DNA from: Bdellovibrionales bacterium
Lineage (GTDB): Bacteria > Bdellovibrionota > Bdellovibrionia > Bdellovibrionales > JAMPXM01
Assembly: GCA_043739185.1 (NCBI GenBank)
Contig: JAYUEN010000188.1
Span: forward strand, 1-45,931
Direction of reading: 5' to 3'
Length of the DNA: 45,931 nt
The notes under the pieces are model-generated. The model was given only the letters and a program-made list of their open reading frames with translations, made no database searches and was not told where the DNA came from. A program made the translations under genes and the position numbers. Shown piece by piece: positions 28,914 through 38,757 of this stretch (its first letter is position 1; each line of letters starts with the position of its first letter).

Positions 28914-31271
28914 ATGAAATGGAAGTTCCTACCCATACTTCTGACCGCGAGTATGTTTTTAGACGCCATCATTTCGCCAGTGGCGAGAGCTCAGGTCGGA
29001 TTCGGATATGGTTATCCAACAGCAGGATGTCCTTACCAAGTGACGGCTTCTGCGGCGGTAACAGGGATTCAAACGGATGTCGCAGCCATCAATGCTGAAA
29101 TCACTGCCAATAAAACCACATTAAGAGAAGATCAAAAGACGGTTCGCACCAAGCAACATGAATTAGATGCTTTCGAAAGAGATATTTCGAATGTTGTTGA
29201 TTCTGACTTTTCTGAAATGGTTTTTGATCATATGAAAAATCATTACAATTGTTGCAAACCCTTTGATAGCGGAACTTCAGCAAGTTTCTTTTACGAAGTA
29301 TTAAGTGACAGTTATGCTCTCAATTATCCAGCGGCATTTGAAGACAGTGTTCAACTTGTAACCCCAGTAACCGACGAAGTTTATCATGTGAAGAAAACCG
29401 AAGTTGCTGTGATTGAAACATTTCATCAATCACGTATGCCCGCAGATATTTCTTGCGTCGGAAGAATAGGCGATGATTTAAAAAAGTGTTGCGCCGGTAC
29501 GACTAAGCCTCAAGAAATTTGTGGGACAGCGATAAAGAAGCCCGCCGTAGCAGCAGCTCCCGCTCCCGCGCCAGTAGCAGCTTCCGCAGCTCCACGAGAT
29601 CCTCCGCCAGCAGCGCCATTGGCTCCAGTTGCAGGTCCAACCGGAACAGTTAGTTTAGATCAACCAAGAGCAGAACAAACAGTTGATTTAGGAAAACCAT
29701 GTACGCCCGCATGCCCTCAGCAGACAGTTCCGGCTCCTGCCGCAGTTCAAGTGGTTGTAGGTTCTGCCACAAGTAGCGATTCGTGCGCGATGTCTCCTGA
29801 CCGAGTGAAATGTCCGGGCGGTTATACCGGAACCGGTAAAGATGCGGTTTGCAATGGCGGCGGCCAATGCGCAAAAGACAATGATAAAATGTGCCAAGCT
29901 TGTATGTTGAGTGCGAAATGGCGAAATGGCGGCGGCGAAGGTGGCGATCGATTTCGCCGTGGACATGGCCCACACGAAACTCATTGTGCAGACAATCCAA
30001 TGTACCGTTCGGATCCCTTCCTTAATATTTGCCAAGATAAGGGCAAGATTCTGCACGAAGCTTGTACCAATAAATTTTATCAAACTGGTGATCCATCTAA
30101 ATCAGAAATTTCAAAGTGCGAACGAGCTCTTAAGAATTATGCGAAGACTTTAAAGGAACTTGAAGAAGCGCAAAAAGAAGCAGATGAAATGGAAACCGCG
30201 ATTGCGGATCAAAAATCTCTGCTCAAAGAAAGAAAGCGCGATTTGACTGAGCAAATTGCAGCAGACGCTGAACTAGAAGCAACTTGCCCATCATGTGCTG
30301 CGGCCAAGCGTGCCGAAGCACTACGTCCTTCAAATCTTCAACTCGGTTTGACGGCTGCGGCAACTCTTCTTGGCGGCATCGGTGCTTATCAAGGTGCAAA
30401 AGCAGTTAACAATCAAAATATCCAAACCGGTTGGCCAGGGAATCCATATTTAGCCGCGGGCTCGATTTATCCCTTTGTTCAAGCTGGAATTAGCGGAATC
30501 ATGGGTGGAGTCAACGGAGCTTATGGCTGCGGTGGCACCATGGGTGGTGGTGGCTATCCGATCGGAATGAATGGCGGAGTTTTCGGAAATCCATACGGCG
30601 GAATGTATGGCAATCCGATGGGCGGCGGTCTCTTTAACCCAGGCATGGGGCCGTGGGGAGCAGGAGGTCTCGGCGGATTCGGCGGATACAATCCGTATGG
30701 CGCAGGATTCAATCCTTATGCGGGCATCGGTGGCGGTCTCGGACTTGGTGGCGGAATGGGTCTTGGATTTAATCCCTATGGTGGACTCGGAATGGGTGGC
30801 GGATTTGGAATGGGCGGCGGTCTCGGCCTTGGTGGAATGGGCTTGGGCGGCGGTCTCGGCCTTGGCGGAATGGGCGGCTTGGGCGGCGGACTTGGATTAG
30901 GTTTGGGCGGTGGTCTCGGCCTTGGCGGAATGGGCGGCTTGGGCGGCGGTCTCGGCCTCGGCGGAATGGGCTTGGGTGGCCTTGGTGGCCTCGGCGGAAT
31001 GGGAATGAATCCATTGTATATGCAGCAAATGATGCAGTATCAGATTCAGCAACAGCAATCTGCCATGCAAAAATATACTGCTGAGCAAACTTTGCTACAG
31101 CAATATCAAAAAATTCAGACCCAAATAATGATACTTGAATCAGGCGGAATGGGTAGTGGACTTGATCTTGGCGTGAGCGCTGGATTAAATGGCTATTCAC
31201 CATTTGGTACTGCTGGTGGTTTGAGCCCTGCTGGCCCCTTTGGTGGCGGCGGCTTGGGTGGTAGACAATAA
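28914..31271 (+). CDS. Large secreted Cys-rich/coiled-coil protein with Gly-Leu-Met repeat domain
   Basis: Signal peptide ending ARA|Q, about 22 Cys, Pro/Ala linker, coiled coil, CPSC, GGGLGLGGMG repeats, Gln-rich tail; GGGAG RBS. Confidence 0.85.
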   Translation: MKWKFLPILLTASMFLDAIISPVARAQVGFGYGYPTAGCPYQVTASAAVTGIQTDVAAINAEITANKTTLREDQKTVRTKQHELDAFERDISNVVDSDFSEMVFDHMKNHYNCCKPFDSGTSASFFYEVLSDSYALNYPAAFEDSVQLVTPVTDEVYHVKKTEVAVIETFHQSRMPADISCVGRIGDDLKKCCAGTTKPQEICGTAIKKPAVAAAPAPAPVAASAAPRDPPPAAPLAPVAGPTGTVSLDQPRAEQTVDLGKPCTPACPQQTVPAPAAVQVVVGSATSSDSCAMSPDRVKCPGGYTGTGKDAVCNGGGQCAKDNDKMCQACMLSAKWRNGGGEGGDRFRRGHGPHETHCADNPMYRSDPFLNICQDKGKILHEACTNKFYQTGDPSKSEISKCERALKNYAKTLKELEEAQKEADEMETAIADQKSLLKERKRDLTEQIAADAELEATCPSCAAAKRAEALRPSNLQLGLTAAATLLGGIGAYQGAKAVNNQNIQTGWPGNPYLAAGSIYPFVQAGISGIMGGVNGAYGCGGTMGGGGYPIGMNGGVFGNPYGGMYGNPMGGGLFNPGMGPWGAGGLGGFGGYNPYGAGFNPYAGIGGGLGLGGGMGLGFNPYGGLGMGGGFGMGGGLGLGGMGLGGGLGLGGMGGLGGGLGLGLGGGLGLGGMGGLGGGLGLGGMGLGGLGGLGGMGMNPLYMQQMMQYQIQQQQSAMQKYTAEQTLLQQYQKIQTQIMILESGGMGSGLDLGVSAGLNGYSPFGTAGGLSPAGPFGGGGLGGRQ
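30730..31003 (+). repeat. Coding tandem repeat (GGCGGCGGTCTCGGCCTTGGCGGAATGGGC-like units)
   Basis: Imperfect tandem units encoding GGGLGLGGMG(G)L; boundaries approximate. Confidence 0.8.
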
Positions 31272-31280
31272 ATAAAAGTG

Positions 31281-31307
31281 CGCTCTGTAAATCAAAAATA
31301 CAGAGCG
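31281..31307. terminator. Intrinsic terminator between convergent genes
   Basis: CGCTCTGTA-N9-TACAGAGCG; U-tract on the minus strand. Confidence 0.65.
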
Positions 31308-31321
31308 AGGCACCGGCTCTC

Positions 31322-32428
31322 TTAATTTCCCTCCTGATGAACCGGCGTCAAATCGGGCGTTGGGTTTGAAGTACCTCCGATATTTTGAATTTGATTCTGA
31401 TTGTTCTGATAAATAAGCGCCACAGATGTTAATAGGGCCGCCCCTAAACCAATCCATAGCCATTTCTTCGCGTGAATCGATTTAGAATCTGTTGCCTCGG
31501 AGTTTTCAGCAGGCAAATGACTTTCTTGATATTTATTATAGTGCGTTGCCTGTAAATTAAGATGGTCGATTTCAGAGTGGGATTTTGCGAGCCAATTGTG
31601 GCCATTAAAATTTCGGATGCAGGCATCCTCAAAGACTGCGGCAAAAGGAATATTCAAATCCCCCTTCAATTCAGGATTTTTGCAAGTGCCAGAAACTAAT
31701 ACGACTGGGTTAAGCTTCATCACTTGAAGCTGGGTGCTGCTAATTTTTTGGCTAAAATATTGCGAGTGGCTTCCTAAAAATGAAACGCGATGCTCGCCCG
31801 GAAGAATCGAGACGGATTCAGATTCGTGAATCGAGTAGCTTCGGCCATCAATTTTAATGACATCAAAGCCACTAAAATCTTTGAGATTTGCCAGTTGGAT
31901 CGTCTGCTTTTTGGCCAGCGCAATTTCAGTTTTCCAAAGTTTAATGACAGGTGGAGGAAAAATCTGCTCTTCAAAATGAACATCATAGCCAAAGCTGGCA
32001 GCTCTCTTAAGATAACTCATGCCCAAGTGTGATTTATCTAGTTGATATATTCGAAGCATCGAATAAGTGATAGCTTCTCTCTCGATTGGTCGCCAATCGT
32101 TAGAAGTATAAAGCTCGGCAATTTCTTTAAACTTATTTTTAGCTTCAGCCAATGTGCCCGTAAGAAAGGCCTTCTGAGAGGACTCAAAAAGCTCAGTCAG
32201 GTGCTGGGACTCGTTTCGCGTAGGATATTGGCTATCGAGATGTTTGATCCAACTTTGGTCGTCTGGGTGTGTAGCGATCCACGCGGCATATTCAGTAAAG
32301 GGCGTAGCTCCGGCTCGAATAAATAATTCAGCTTGGCAGGGTAGAAAGGCGAATAGGCCAAAGGCAACAAACCAATTCCTCTTTCTTAGAAAGTGTTTTT
32401 TAAAAATCAGAAAGTTAGTGAGATTCAT
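31322..32428 (-). CDS. Exported hypothetical protein (helical N-domain, PEGA-like beta segment, C-terminal TM)
   Basis: ATG 32428 after GGAGG, overlapping upstream stop; signal-like segment, IKIDG....ILPGEHRV, KKWLWIGLGAALL anchor. Confidence 0.75.
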   Translation of the reverse strand: MNLTNFLIFKKHFLRKRNWFVAFGLFAFLPCQAELFIRAGATPFTEYAAWIATHPDDQSWIKHLDSQYPTRNESQHLTELFESSQKAFLTGTLAEAKNKFKEIAELYTSNDWRPIEREAITYSMLRIYQLDKSHLGMSYLKRAASFGYDVHFEEQIFPPPVIKLWKTEIALAKKQTIQLANLKDFSGFDVIKIDGRSYSIHESESVSILPGEHRVSFLGSHSQYFSQKISSTQLQVMKLNPVVLVSGTCKNPELKGDLNIPFAAVFEDACIRNFNGHNWLAKSHSEIDHLNLQATHYNKYQESHLPAENSEATDSKSIHAKKWLWIGLGAALLTSVALIYQNNQNQIQNIGGTSNPTPDLTPVHQEGN

Positions 32429-32990
32429 TCGCATCCTCCATTTTAAGCCTTGAAAGGCCCCTTTTGGGTCTGAGTCTTTCAAGTTGCGTACCAGCTGCAT
32501 TTGGATTTTGTACCACCGCAAAGAATGCGCCTTCGTAGTGAACAAGTTGAGACGAAGACTGTTCATTTACTAAAACAGCAAACTGATTTGGATTTAAGGG
32601 GGCGCGAAGAATTTTGATATGTTCCGCCACCTTTTTACTCCGGCCCGGCCGTTTCAAATCGGGTGCGAAAAGATCTACAACGCCGCGTGAACCAATCATT
32701 GAGTCTAATGCTTCGGCATTGCTCAATTGAATCGGCACCAAAACAAAGCCAGCGGGAATAAAGGTGTCAACACTCTTGGGGGAAGATATAGCTTCTGGAT
32801 TCTTAGGCTTATGAGACTCCTCCCAAATATAGGCTAAGAATCCTAAAAGAAGTACGACGCAAATCATTTTGTTCTTTGAACTCAGGCCTGGCTGATTTGA
32901 AAAGCGAGTTTTAAGCTTCTTAAGAAGAATGAGATTTTGTAGACTTTGAATTTTTTCATTTAACCAAGATTTTATTGATTGAGAATTCAT
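32415..32990 (-). CDS. CpaB/RcpC-like Flp pilus assembly protein
   Basis: One TM then IPAGFVLVPIQL...MIG...VVDLF...VAEHIKIL pattern; tad context. Confidence 0.6.
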   Translation of the reverse strand: MNSQSIKSWLNEKIQSLQNLILLKKLKTRFSNQPGLSSKNKMICVVLLLGFLAYIWEESHKPKNPEAISSPKSVDTFIPAGFVLVPIQLSNAEALDSMIGSRGVVDLFAPDLKRPGRSKKVAEHIKILRAPLNPNQFAVLVNEQSSSQLVHYEGAFFAVVQNPNAAGTQLERLRPKRGLSRLKMEDANESH

Positions 32991-33087
32991 TTGATTTCCT
33001 TTGTAAATAAATATGAGCTGTTCATTTTTTCAAATGAATGAAGTGCTTCGAAAATTGCAAAGAAAACTCCTAATATAATGAATGAAA

Positions 33088-33876
33088 CTAAAACGAGTTC
33101 GACAACTGTTTGACCCTTATTATTTCTGTTTGAACTCGATTTTTTTCTGATAAACCAGCCAGCCATTGCGTCCCCGTCTCTTGAAAGTCCTCAAATTTGG
33201 TTTTAGTAACAGCAGGATCAAGGCTTCCTGCGCAGCTCAGGTTAAGTAAATAGTCCTGAGGAAATATTTGCGGATCCCTCAAGAAGTTTGTAAGCCATTG
33301 AGGCAGGAGTTTTGAAATTTGAACCTTCCATTTAATTTGAGACAACATAAGTTCCGTAAAGTTTTTCTTCGGCACATAGTCGGGAGTGAGGCTGTCGCGA
33401 GGCCTTGCCTCTACGGCCAAGGATGGAGAGTTTAAAATTTCCGAATGTATCCATTCAGTAGTTGTAGGACTTGAGAAAAATTGAAAAGAAGATTTGATTT
33501 GGCTCTTGGTGAGGTTAAGAGAGGACATCATTTGAAAATTTGCGGTGTGGATAATTTTGAGTTGAAGGGAATGAAATAGCACCCTGGCCTCTTGTATACT
33601 CATTGCGCCCAATTGTCCGTAAATTGGAATTATCAAAGTCAATTTACTGGCGTGATTCATTTGCCGTAGAGTTTTGGCCATGGGGTTTAAGCTCATCAGT
33701 TTCTTTAGACTTGATAGCATTTGGTTTTCGGCATTTAAAACACCTTGGCGACATATAAAATTTGTCTTTTCAGTAAAATGTATACTGAGCGCCCCTGCCA
33801 GTGCCACCGCTGCGATACTCAAAATGAGTGGCAATAATACGAGTAGGAGTAAATTTGCAGATCCACGTTTGTTCAT
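33088..33876 (-). CDS. TadG-like pseudopilin
   Basis: MNKRG|SA prepilin-like site, hydrophobic helix, operon with tadE-like and flp. Confidence 0.55.
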   Translation of the reverse strand: MNKRGSANLLLLVLLPLILSIAAVALAGALSIHFTEKTNFICRQGVLNAENQMLSSLKKLMSLNPMAKTLRQMNHASKLTLIIPIYGQLGAMSIQEARVLFHSLQLKIIHTANFQMMSSLNLTKSQIKSSFQFFSSPTTTEWIHSEILNSPSLAVEARPRDSLTPDYVPKKNFTELMLSQIKWKVQISKLLPQWLTNFLRDPQIFPQDYLLNLSCAGSLDPAVTKTKFEDFQETGTQWLAGLSEKNRVQTEIIRVKQLSNSF

Positions 33877-34271
33877 AATAAAGAGCTCGCTTCACCTATA
33901 GGTAAATGTAAAACCTGATGCTCTCGTAATTGAAAATGAGATTTGTGGCCCAGTTCTGAATTTAAGCCAAAGCTCCATCTTGCGCGAATACTTAAATGGT
34001 CCGGAAATATAAAAAACTCGTCTACCATCAGCCGTCCAAAGGGTAGAGCGGAATGCATATTTTTGATAAAGAGATTTTGGCAATGGGTGGCTTTATTCTT
34101 ACTTGCAATGCAAATCAAGGCTTCATGGGAGAAATGCCTAAGCCAAAGTTTAGCAAAAGCGAGATAAAGCGTGGACAAGCAACCCATTATTAGGATCGAT
34201 ATGGCCATTGTGGCCACTAGGGATTCAATGAGTGCTTGTCCACGCTGAGAGTTTTTCAAAATTATTTTCAT
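33873..34271 (-). CDS. TadE-like pseudopilin
   Basis: SQRG|QALIES type IVb prepilin motif plus hydrophobic helix. Confidence 0.75.
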   Translation of the reverse strand: MKIILKNSQRGQALIESLVATMAISILIMGCLSTLYLAFAKLWLRHFSHEALICIASKNKATHCQNLFIKNMHSALPFGRLMVDEFFIFPDHLSIRARWSFGLNSELGHKSHFQLREHQVLHLPIGEASSLL

Positions 34272-34289
34272 TATGTTTTGACAATATTT

Positions 34290-34541
34290 TTATCGAGATT
34301 CGCCAGAATTTTCGAAAAAATTTCCTAAATCACTTTTCTGATAAAGATTAGGGTCAATATTTGTAGGCCCTAGCTTTTGGGGCTTGCCCTGGAGTGAGCT
34401 CGTAATACTTCCAAATTTAGCTTTAACGGTCTGGCCCATTAAAGAAATGATGCCTATCGTAGACACGGCCATTATCGAGACAATAATTAAATATTCAATT
34501 AGGCCCTGACCACTAGAGTTCAAAATTAATTTTGATTTCAT
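34290..34541 (-). CDS. flp: Flp family type IVb pilin
   Basis: SG|QGLIEYLIIVSIMAV Flp motif; ATG 34541 with AGGGGA RBS. Confidence 0.9.
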   Translation of the reverse strand: MKSKLILNSSGQGLIEYLIIVSIMAVSTIGIISLMGQTVKAKFGSITSSLQGKPQKLGPTNIDPNLYQKSDLGNFFENSGESR

Positions 34542-34645
34542 CTCAATTCCCCTTTGTGAGTTTTGTACAAAGGGAATTGCAATCAAGTGCACTACATCAA
34601 ATATATTTTACGTTGGTATGGGGAAAGTGAGTTCCGAAATTCGGA

Positions 34646-34888
34646 TTAAGCTTTTGCTTTCTTGCTTTTTTTAGTGGCATCTTCTTTATCGAGTTTTCGT
34701 CGATATATGATGCGATCGAGAATTTCAGCGCCTTCTGCACGCAAATCATTATCAAAAATGAAGCGATAAAAGCCTTCGATTTCAGGGCTTTGACGAAATT
34801 TTTTGAGTGAAGTAGGGAGGCTATCAGATTGCACGAAATCGATTGAGCTTCCGTCTTTCGATAACTTTACTTTATCAGGCTTTTTCAC
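34646..34888 (-). CDS. Small basic hypothetical protein
   Basis: GTG 34888 after GAGGT; FRQSPEIEGFYRFIFDNDLR.E. Confidence 0.75.
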   Translation of the reverse strand: MKKPDKVKLSKDGSSIDFVQSDSLPTSLKKFRQSPEIEGFYRFIFDNDLRAEGAEILDRIIYRRKLDKEDATKKSKKAKA

Positions 34889-34966
34889 ATTGCACCTCTT
34901 CAATCTCCGTTATAGGGATTAGAGGGGATCACGTCAACGCCATTCTGACAGTTGAGGACACCGAAG

Positions 34967-35830
34967 ATGCTTATTTTAGACGGAAAACTCGTAGCGAGTC
35001 AGCGATTTGAAACTTTGAAATCTAAAATTTCAAAATTTAATTCAAGTAAGGGGATAACGCCGGGGCTGGCCGTTGTTTTAGTGGGTGAGGACCCTGCAAG
35101 CCAAGTCTATGTTCGGAATAAAACCAAAACTTCAAAAGACTTAGGAATGAACTCCACGCAAATCAATTTGCCTGCTAGTACCACCCAAATTGAGCTTGAG
35201 GCCAAAATTGATGAGCTCAATCAAGACGAAAAGATACACGCCATTTTGGTGCAATTGCCTCTGCCAAAACATTTAAATGAAGAAAGAGCCCTCGATCGAA
35301 TTTCAGCCCTTAAAGATGTCGATGGTCTTCATATCGAAAATCAGGGCTTACTTTGGGCGGGACGTCCACGTACTATTCCCTGCACCCCCAATGGAGTTAT
35401 GAAAATACTTGAACATTATAATATTTCGACTTCTGGCAAGCGAGCCGTAGTCATTGGGCGTAGTCAAATTGTCGGAAAGCCCATGGCCAGCCTGCTTTTA
35501 GCAGCCAATGCCAGTGTCAGCATCTGCCACTCAAAAACCAAAGATCTAAAGTCTTATACAACGCAAGCCGAAATTGTGGTGGTGGCGGCAGGCATTGAAA
35601 GGTTTATTGGCAAAGACTCATTTGCTAAAGACGCAGTAGTAATTGACGTTGGGATGCATAGACCCGTTTCAGGGCCCTTCGCAAACAAGCTTTGCGGCGA
35701 TGTACGCTTTGAGGAATTGGGGGATTGGGTAAGTGCAGCAACCCCAGTCCCGGGCGGCGTAGGACCCATGACAATTCAAATGCTCATGGAAAATAGCTTT
35801 TTACTCGCGGAGCTTAAGTCAGTTAAATAA
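34967..35830 (+). CDS. folD: Methylenetetrahydrofolate dehydrogenase/cyclohydrolase
   Basis: ILDGK, ASQVYVRNK, LVQLPLP, KDVDG, PCTP.G, GRSQIVGKP, TPVPGGVGPMT. Confidence 0.98.
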   Translation: MLILDGKLVASQRFETLKSKISKFNSSKGITPGLAVVLVGEDPASQVYVRNKTKTSKDLGMNSTQINLPASTTQIELEAKIDELNQDEKIHAILVQLPLPKHLNEERALDRISALKDVDGLHIENQGLLWAGRPRTIPCTPNGVMKILEHYNISTSGKRAVVIGRSQIVGKPMASLLLAANASVSICHSKTKDLKSYTTQAEIVVVAAGIERFIGKDSFAKDAVVIDVGMHRPVSGPFANKLCGDVRFEELGDWVSAATPVPGGVGPMTIQMLMENSFLLAELKSVK

Positions 35831-35922
35831 ATTAGATTCGAGAGGCTTGACTTGACGCCGTCTGAAAAGCGAGAGTAGCTACTATTTTCTAGGATATTTT
35901 TAAGCGCGCCAGCGGAGGCATT

Positions 35923-37038
35923 TTGGATAGCAGTCAGTTAAAAACGACTCCACTTAAAGCAGAACACGAGCTTTTGGGCGCACGTATGGTTGATTTTGCC
36001 GGTTGGTTTATGCCTGTGCAATACGAGGGCGTAAAAGAAGAGCACTTGGCGGTGCGAAAAGCAGTTGGTCTGTTTGATGTTTCTCATATGGGCGAAATCC
36101 GCGTTAAAGGCTCGAAGTCTCTCGAGACCCTTCAATGGTGTACGACGAACGATGTGTCGATTTTAAAGAAAAATCAGGCCCAGTATTCGTTATTTCCCAA
36201 CCCTCAAGGCGGGATCGTTGATGACCTCATTATCTATTGTATCGAACCAGGCGTTGAATATCTTTTGTGTGTGAATGCCTCGAATGCAGATAAGGACTTT
36301 GCTTATTTGGTTAAAAATAATCGTGGGGCTGAACTAACAAATGAAAGTTCTCAGTGGGGTCAAATTGCAGTTCAAGGTCCGCAGGCGATGGCGCTACTTG
36401 AAAGGATTTACGGATCGAGCGTTCATGATATTCCAACTTTTGAATTTCGAGAAATGAAATATGCTGGTCAAAAAACCTTGGTAGCGCGCACGGGATATAC
36501 GGGCGAAGATGGCTGTGAAATCTTTGTTCCATCTGAAAAGACCGCTGAACTCTGGAAGTCTCTTTTAGAAAATGGCGCAAGTTTTGGAGTCAAAGCCATT
36601 GGTTTGGGCGCGCGTGATACGCTTCGAACCGAAATGAAATATTCTCTGTACGGAAATGAAATAGATGATGAGAGCAATCCCTATGCGGCGGGTTTAGCTT
36701 GGGTCGTGAAGGCTTCAGCCAAAGATTTTTTGGGAAAAGCTGAAATGCTCGCCAAAAAAGAAAAGGGATTGAAATCAAAACTGATTGGTTTTGAAATGCT
36801 TGAGCGTGGAATTCCACGCCACGGCTATGCAATATTGGCTGCGGATACAAAAGAGAAAATAGGCGTGGTGACCAGTGGTACCTTTTCGCCCTCGCTCAAT
36901 GAATCTGTGGGGATTGCGTACATTCGAAGTGACTTGGCAAAAGTTGGCAGCGAATTTTTAGTTGAAGTAAGAGAGCGCGGCGTGAAGGCTCGCGTGATTG
37001 AGACTCCGTTTGTTAAGAATACGAGCCTCAAAAAGTAA
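35923..37038 (+). CDS. gcvT: Glycine cleavage system aminomethyltransferase T
   Basis: FAGWFMPVQY, FDVSHMGE, ARTGYTGEDG.E, GLGARDTLRTE, VTSGTFSP; TTG start with GGAGG. Confidence 0.97.
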   Translation: MDSSQLKTTPLKAEHELLGARMVDFAGWFMPVQYEGVKEEHLAVRKAVGLFDVSHMGEIRVKGSKSLETLQWCTTNDVSILKKNQAQYSLFPNPQGGIVDDLIIYCIEPGVEYLLCVNASNADKDFAYLVKNNRGAELTNESSQWGQIAVQGPQAMALLERIYGSSVHDIPTFEFREMKYAGQKTLVARTGYTGEDGCEIFVPSEKTAELWKSLLENGASFGVKAIGLGARDTLRTEMKYSLYGNEIDDESNPYAAGLAWVVKASAKDFLGKAEMLAKKEKGLKSKLIGFEMLERGIPRHGYAILAADTKEKIGVVTSGTFSPSLNESVGIAYIRSDLAKVGSEFLVEVRERGVKARVIETPFVKNTSLKK

Positions 37039-37080
37039 AATATTGGTTTTAATTTTAGAAATAATTTAAGGAGAATTTTT

Positions 37081-37470
37081 ATGTCGAACTATCAGTTGCC
37101 AGAAGACTACTACTATACCAAAGAACATGAATGGGCACAGGTTGATGAAAACATCGTGACCATCGGAATCACTCAATTTGCGCAGGAACAATTGGGCGAA
37201 GTGGTTTATGTCGAGCTACCTGAAGAAGGAGCAAAAGTAAATCAAGGCGAATCCTTTGGTGTCGTTGAAAGTGTGAAGGCCGCAAGTGATTTGTATTCTC
37301 CAGTTTCAGGAACCGTCATTGAGGTCAATACGGCTTTAATGGATGATCCGAGTGGACTAAATGATGATCCAATGAATGAAGGTTGGATGATGAAAATTGA
37401 AATGGATACGGAAAAAGAGCTCGCGAACTTAATGCGAGTGCCAGACTATAAAAAATTGATTGCGAAGTAA
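37081..37470 (+). CDS. gcvH: Glycine cleavage system H protein
   Basis: YTKEHEW, GITQFAQEQLG, VESVKAASD lipoyl-Lys. Confidence 0.97.
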   Translation: MSNYQLPEDYYYTKEHEWAQVDENIVTIGITQFAQEQLGEVVYVELPEEGAKVNQGESFGVVESVKAASDLYSPVSGTVIEVNTALMDDPSGLNDDPMNEGWMMKIEMDTEKELANLMRVPDYKKLIAK

Positions 37471-37534
37471 GGCATTTCGGTTTACTTCCTTATTGTTCAA
37501 ATTACGATAATTTGAGTCATGTGATTGTACGAAT

Positions 37535-37619
37535 GCCCAGATGGTGGAATTGGTATACACGCTGGTCTTAGAAGCCAGTGCCGAAAGGCTTGCAGGTTCA
37601 AGTCCTGTTCTGGGTACCA
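37535..37619 (+). tRNA. tRNA-Leu (TAG)
   Basis: GCCCAGA...TCTGGGT-A-CCA acceptor stem, anticodon arm CTGGT-CTTAGAA-GCCAG, long variable arm, GGTTCAAGTCC T-loop. Confidence 0.97.
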
Positions 37620-38115
37620 AATGTCAAAGTATGGTTCTACGGGTTCTACTCGTTCGATGGTGGAAGTGTATCCAAAATCTCAAACATCTTAAATGTTTAT
37701 CAAGCGAAGCCTATAATTTTTAAAGCTTCGGCGACCTCATCCTTTACAATTTCTGGGTAGCTTCGATAGTTGCTGGCTGTAATCATCTGAACTTCCTATA
37801 CACTGACGTCTTTGGCGACGAATTTTTCGGCAGGCAAGTATTTTAAGGTCGATTTCATATGTGATTTCAGTGAGATATGGAAGTAAAATTTGATCGAAGC
37901 CAAGACTTTCAGCCAAAAAGAAGGATAAATGAATCGAAGTTGGTAGAGAGCTGTCGCAGGCGATCACAAATTATATCAATTTAAAGGTGTCCCAAGAGTT
38001 TTAGGACAAAACGCAAACTCTCAAAACCAGTATCTCTCGTCTAAATCGAGCGTGCTATGGGGCCTAGACATTTGTTTCTTGACCCAACTTTCTATGAAAT
38101 GAAAAAATATTTACA

Positions 38116-38757
38116 ATGATGAAATTTAAAGAAATCTCCACCAGGTTTGCTTTTATGCTAGTTTTAGCGTTTTCTGCTTCTAGTTATGCTACGGATCGAT
38201 TGACGATCGAACCGATCGGCTTCTATGGAAAATCACAATTTTTATATCGCGCTAAAGACCCCGCTTGTGTCTGTCAAAAAAGTAATTGCGCCTTTGAAGA
38301 TGAAGGCGGCAAGCAAGAATGCATTCCAGTAAAATTAATTTCTTTCGACCTTTCTAGTGACAAGGTTACTTTTATTGATCAGAAAACGCTAAAGGCCATC
38401 AGTGTTGCAGGAACGCCACCTGCAATTGGTAAATTTCCTATAGTTTTCAATGGTGATCGTTTCAGTGTTTCTTTGAGAGATGGATGCAATAAAAATTACG
38501 AGTCTTTTCCGCCAGGAACCTCAAATGTAGAATGTGAAGTATTTTTAATTTCGAAAAATCTGGGTAGAAAGAAGGTAAGTAGCATTTCATTTTACCCAAG
38601 CCCCAACCATTCAATTTCTGTAATTGGTTATTTCAAACATCCGTCTGAACTTAAAGTTGTGATAGTCCTTCAGGAAGGAAATTATCAGTTCGAAGGAGAA
38701 TCTTATTTCTATCAAAAAACTATTGGGGCGGATTTGACAAAGGGATTTAAAAAGTAG
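38116..38757 (+). CDS. Secreted hypothetical protein
   Basis: Signal peptide ending SYA|T, 6 Cys. Confidence 0.75.
   Translation: MMKFKEISTRFAFMLVLAFSASSYATDRLTIEPIGFYGKSQFLYRAKDPACVCQKSNCAFEDEGGKQECIPVKLISFDLSSDKVTFIDQKTLKAISVAGTPPAIGKFPIVFNGDRFSVSLRDGCNKNYESFPPGTSNVECEVFLISKNLGRKKVSSISFYPSPNHSISVIGYFKHPSELKVVIVLQEGNYQFEGESYFYQKTIGADLTKGFKK

Noticed and set aside
30730..31003. Tandem repeats as a CRISPR array
   Set aside because: In-frame Gly-coding repeats, no unique spacers, no cas genes
34578..34593. GTGCACTTGATTGCA as a sigma-54 promoter for flp
   Set aside because: The -24 dinucleotide is GT, not GG
35831..35922. Glycine riboswitch upstream of gcvT
   Set aside because: Gap is only 92 bp and lacks the aptamer motifs
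37700..37967. 76-aa ORF, and an alternative frame MKSTLKYLPAEKF..* EVQMITASNY.. with an internal TAG
   Set aside because: No recognisable family or RBS; cannot separate a relic from noise, and there is no evidence for recoding
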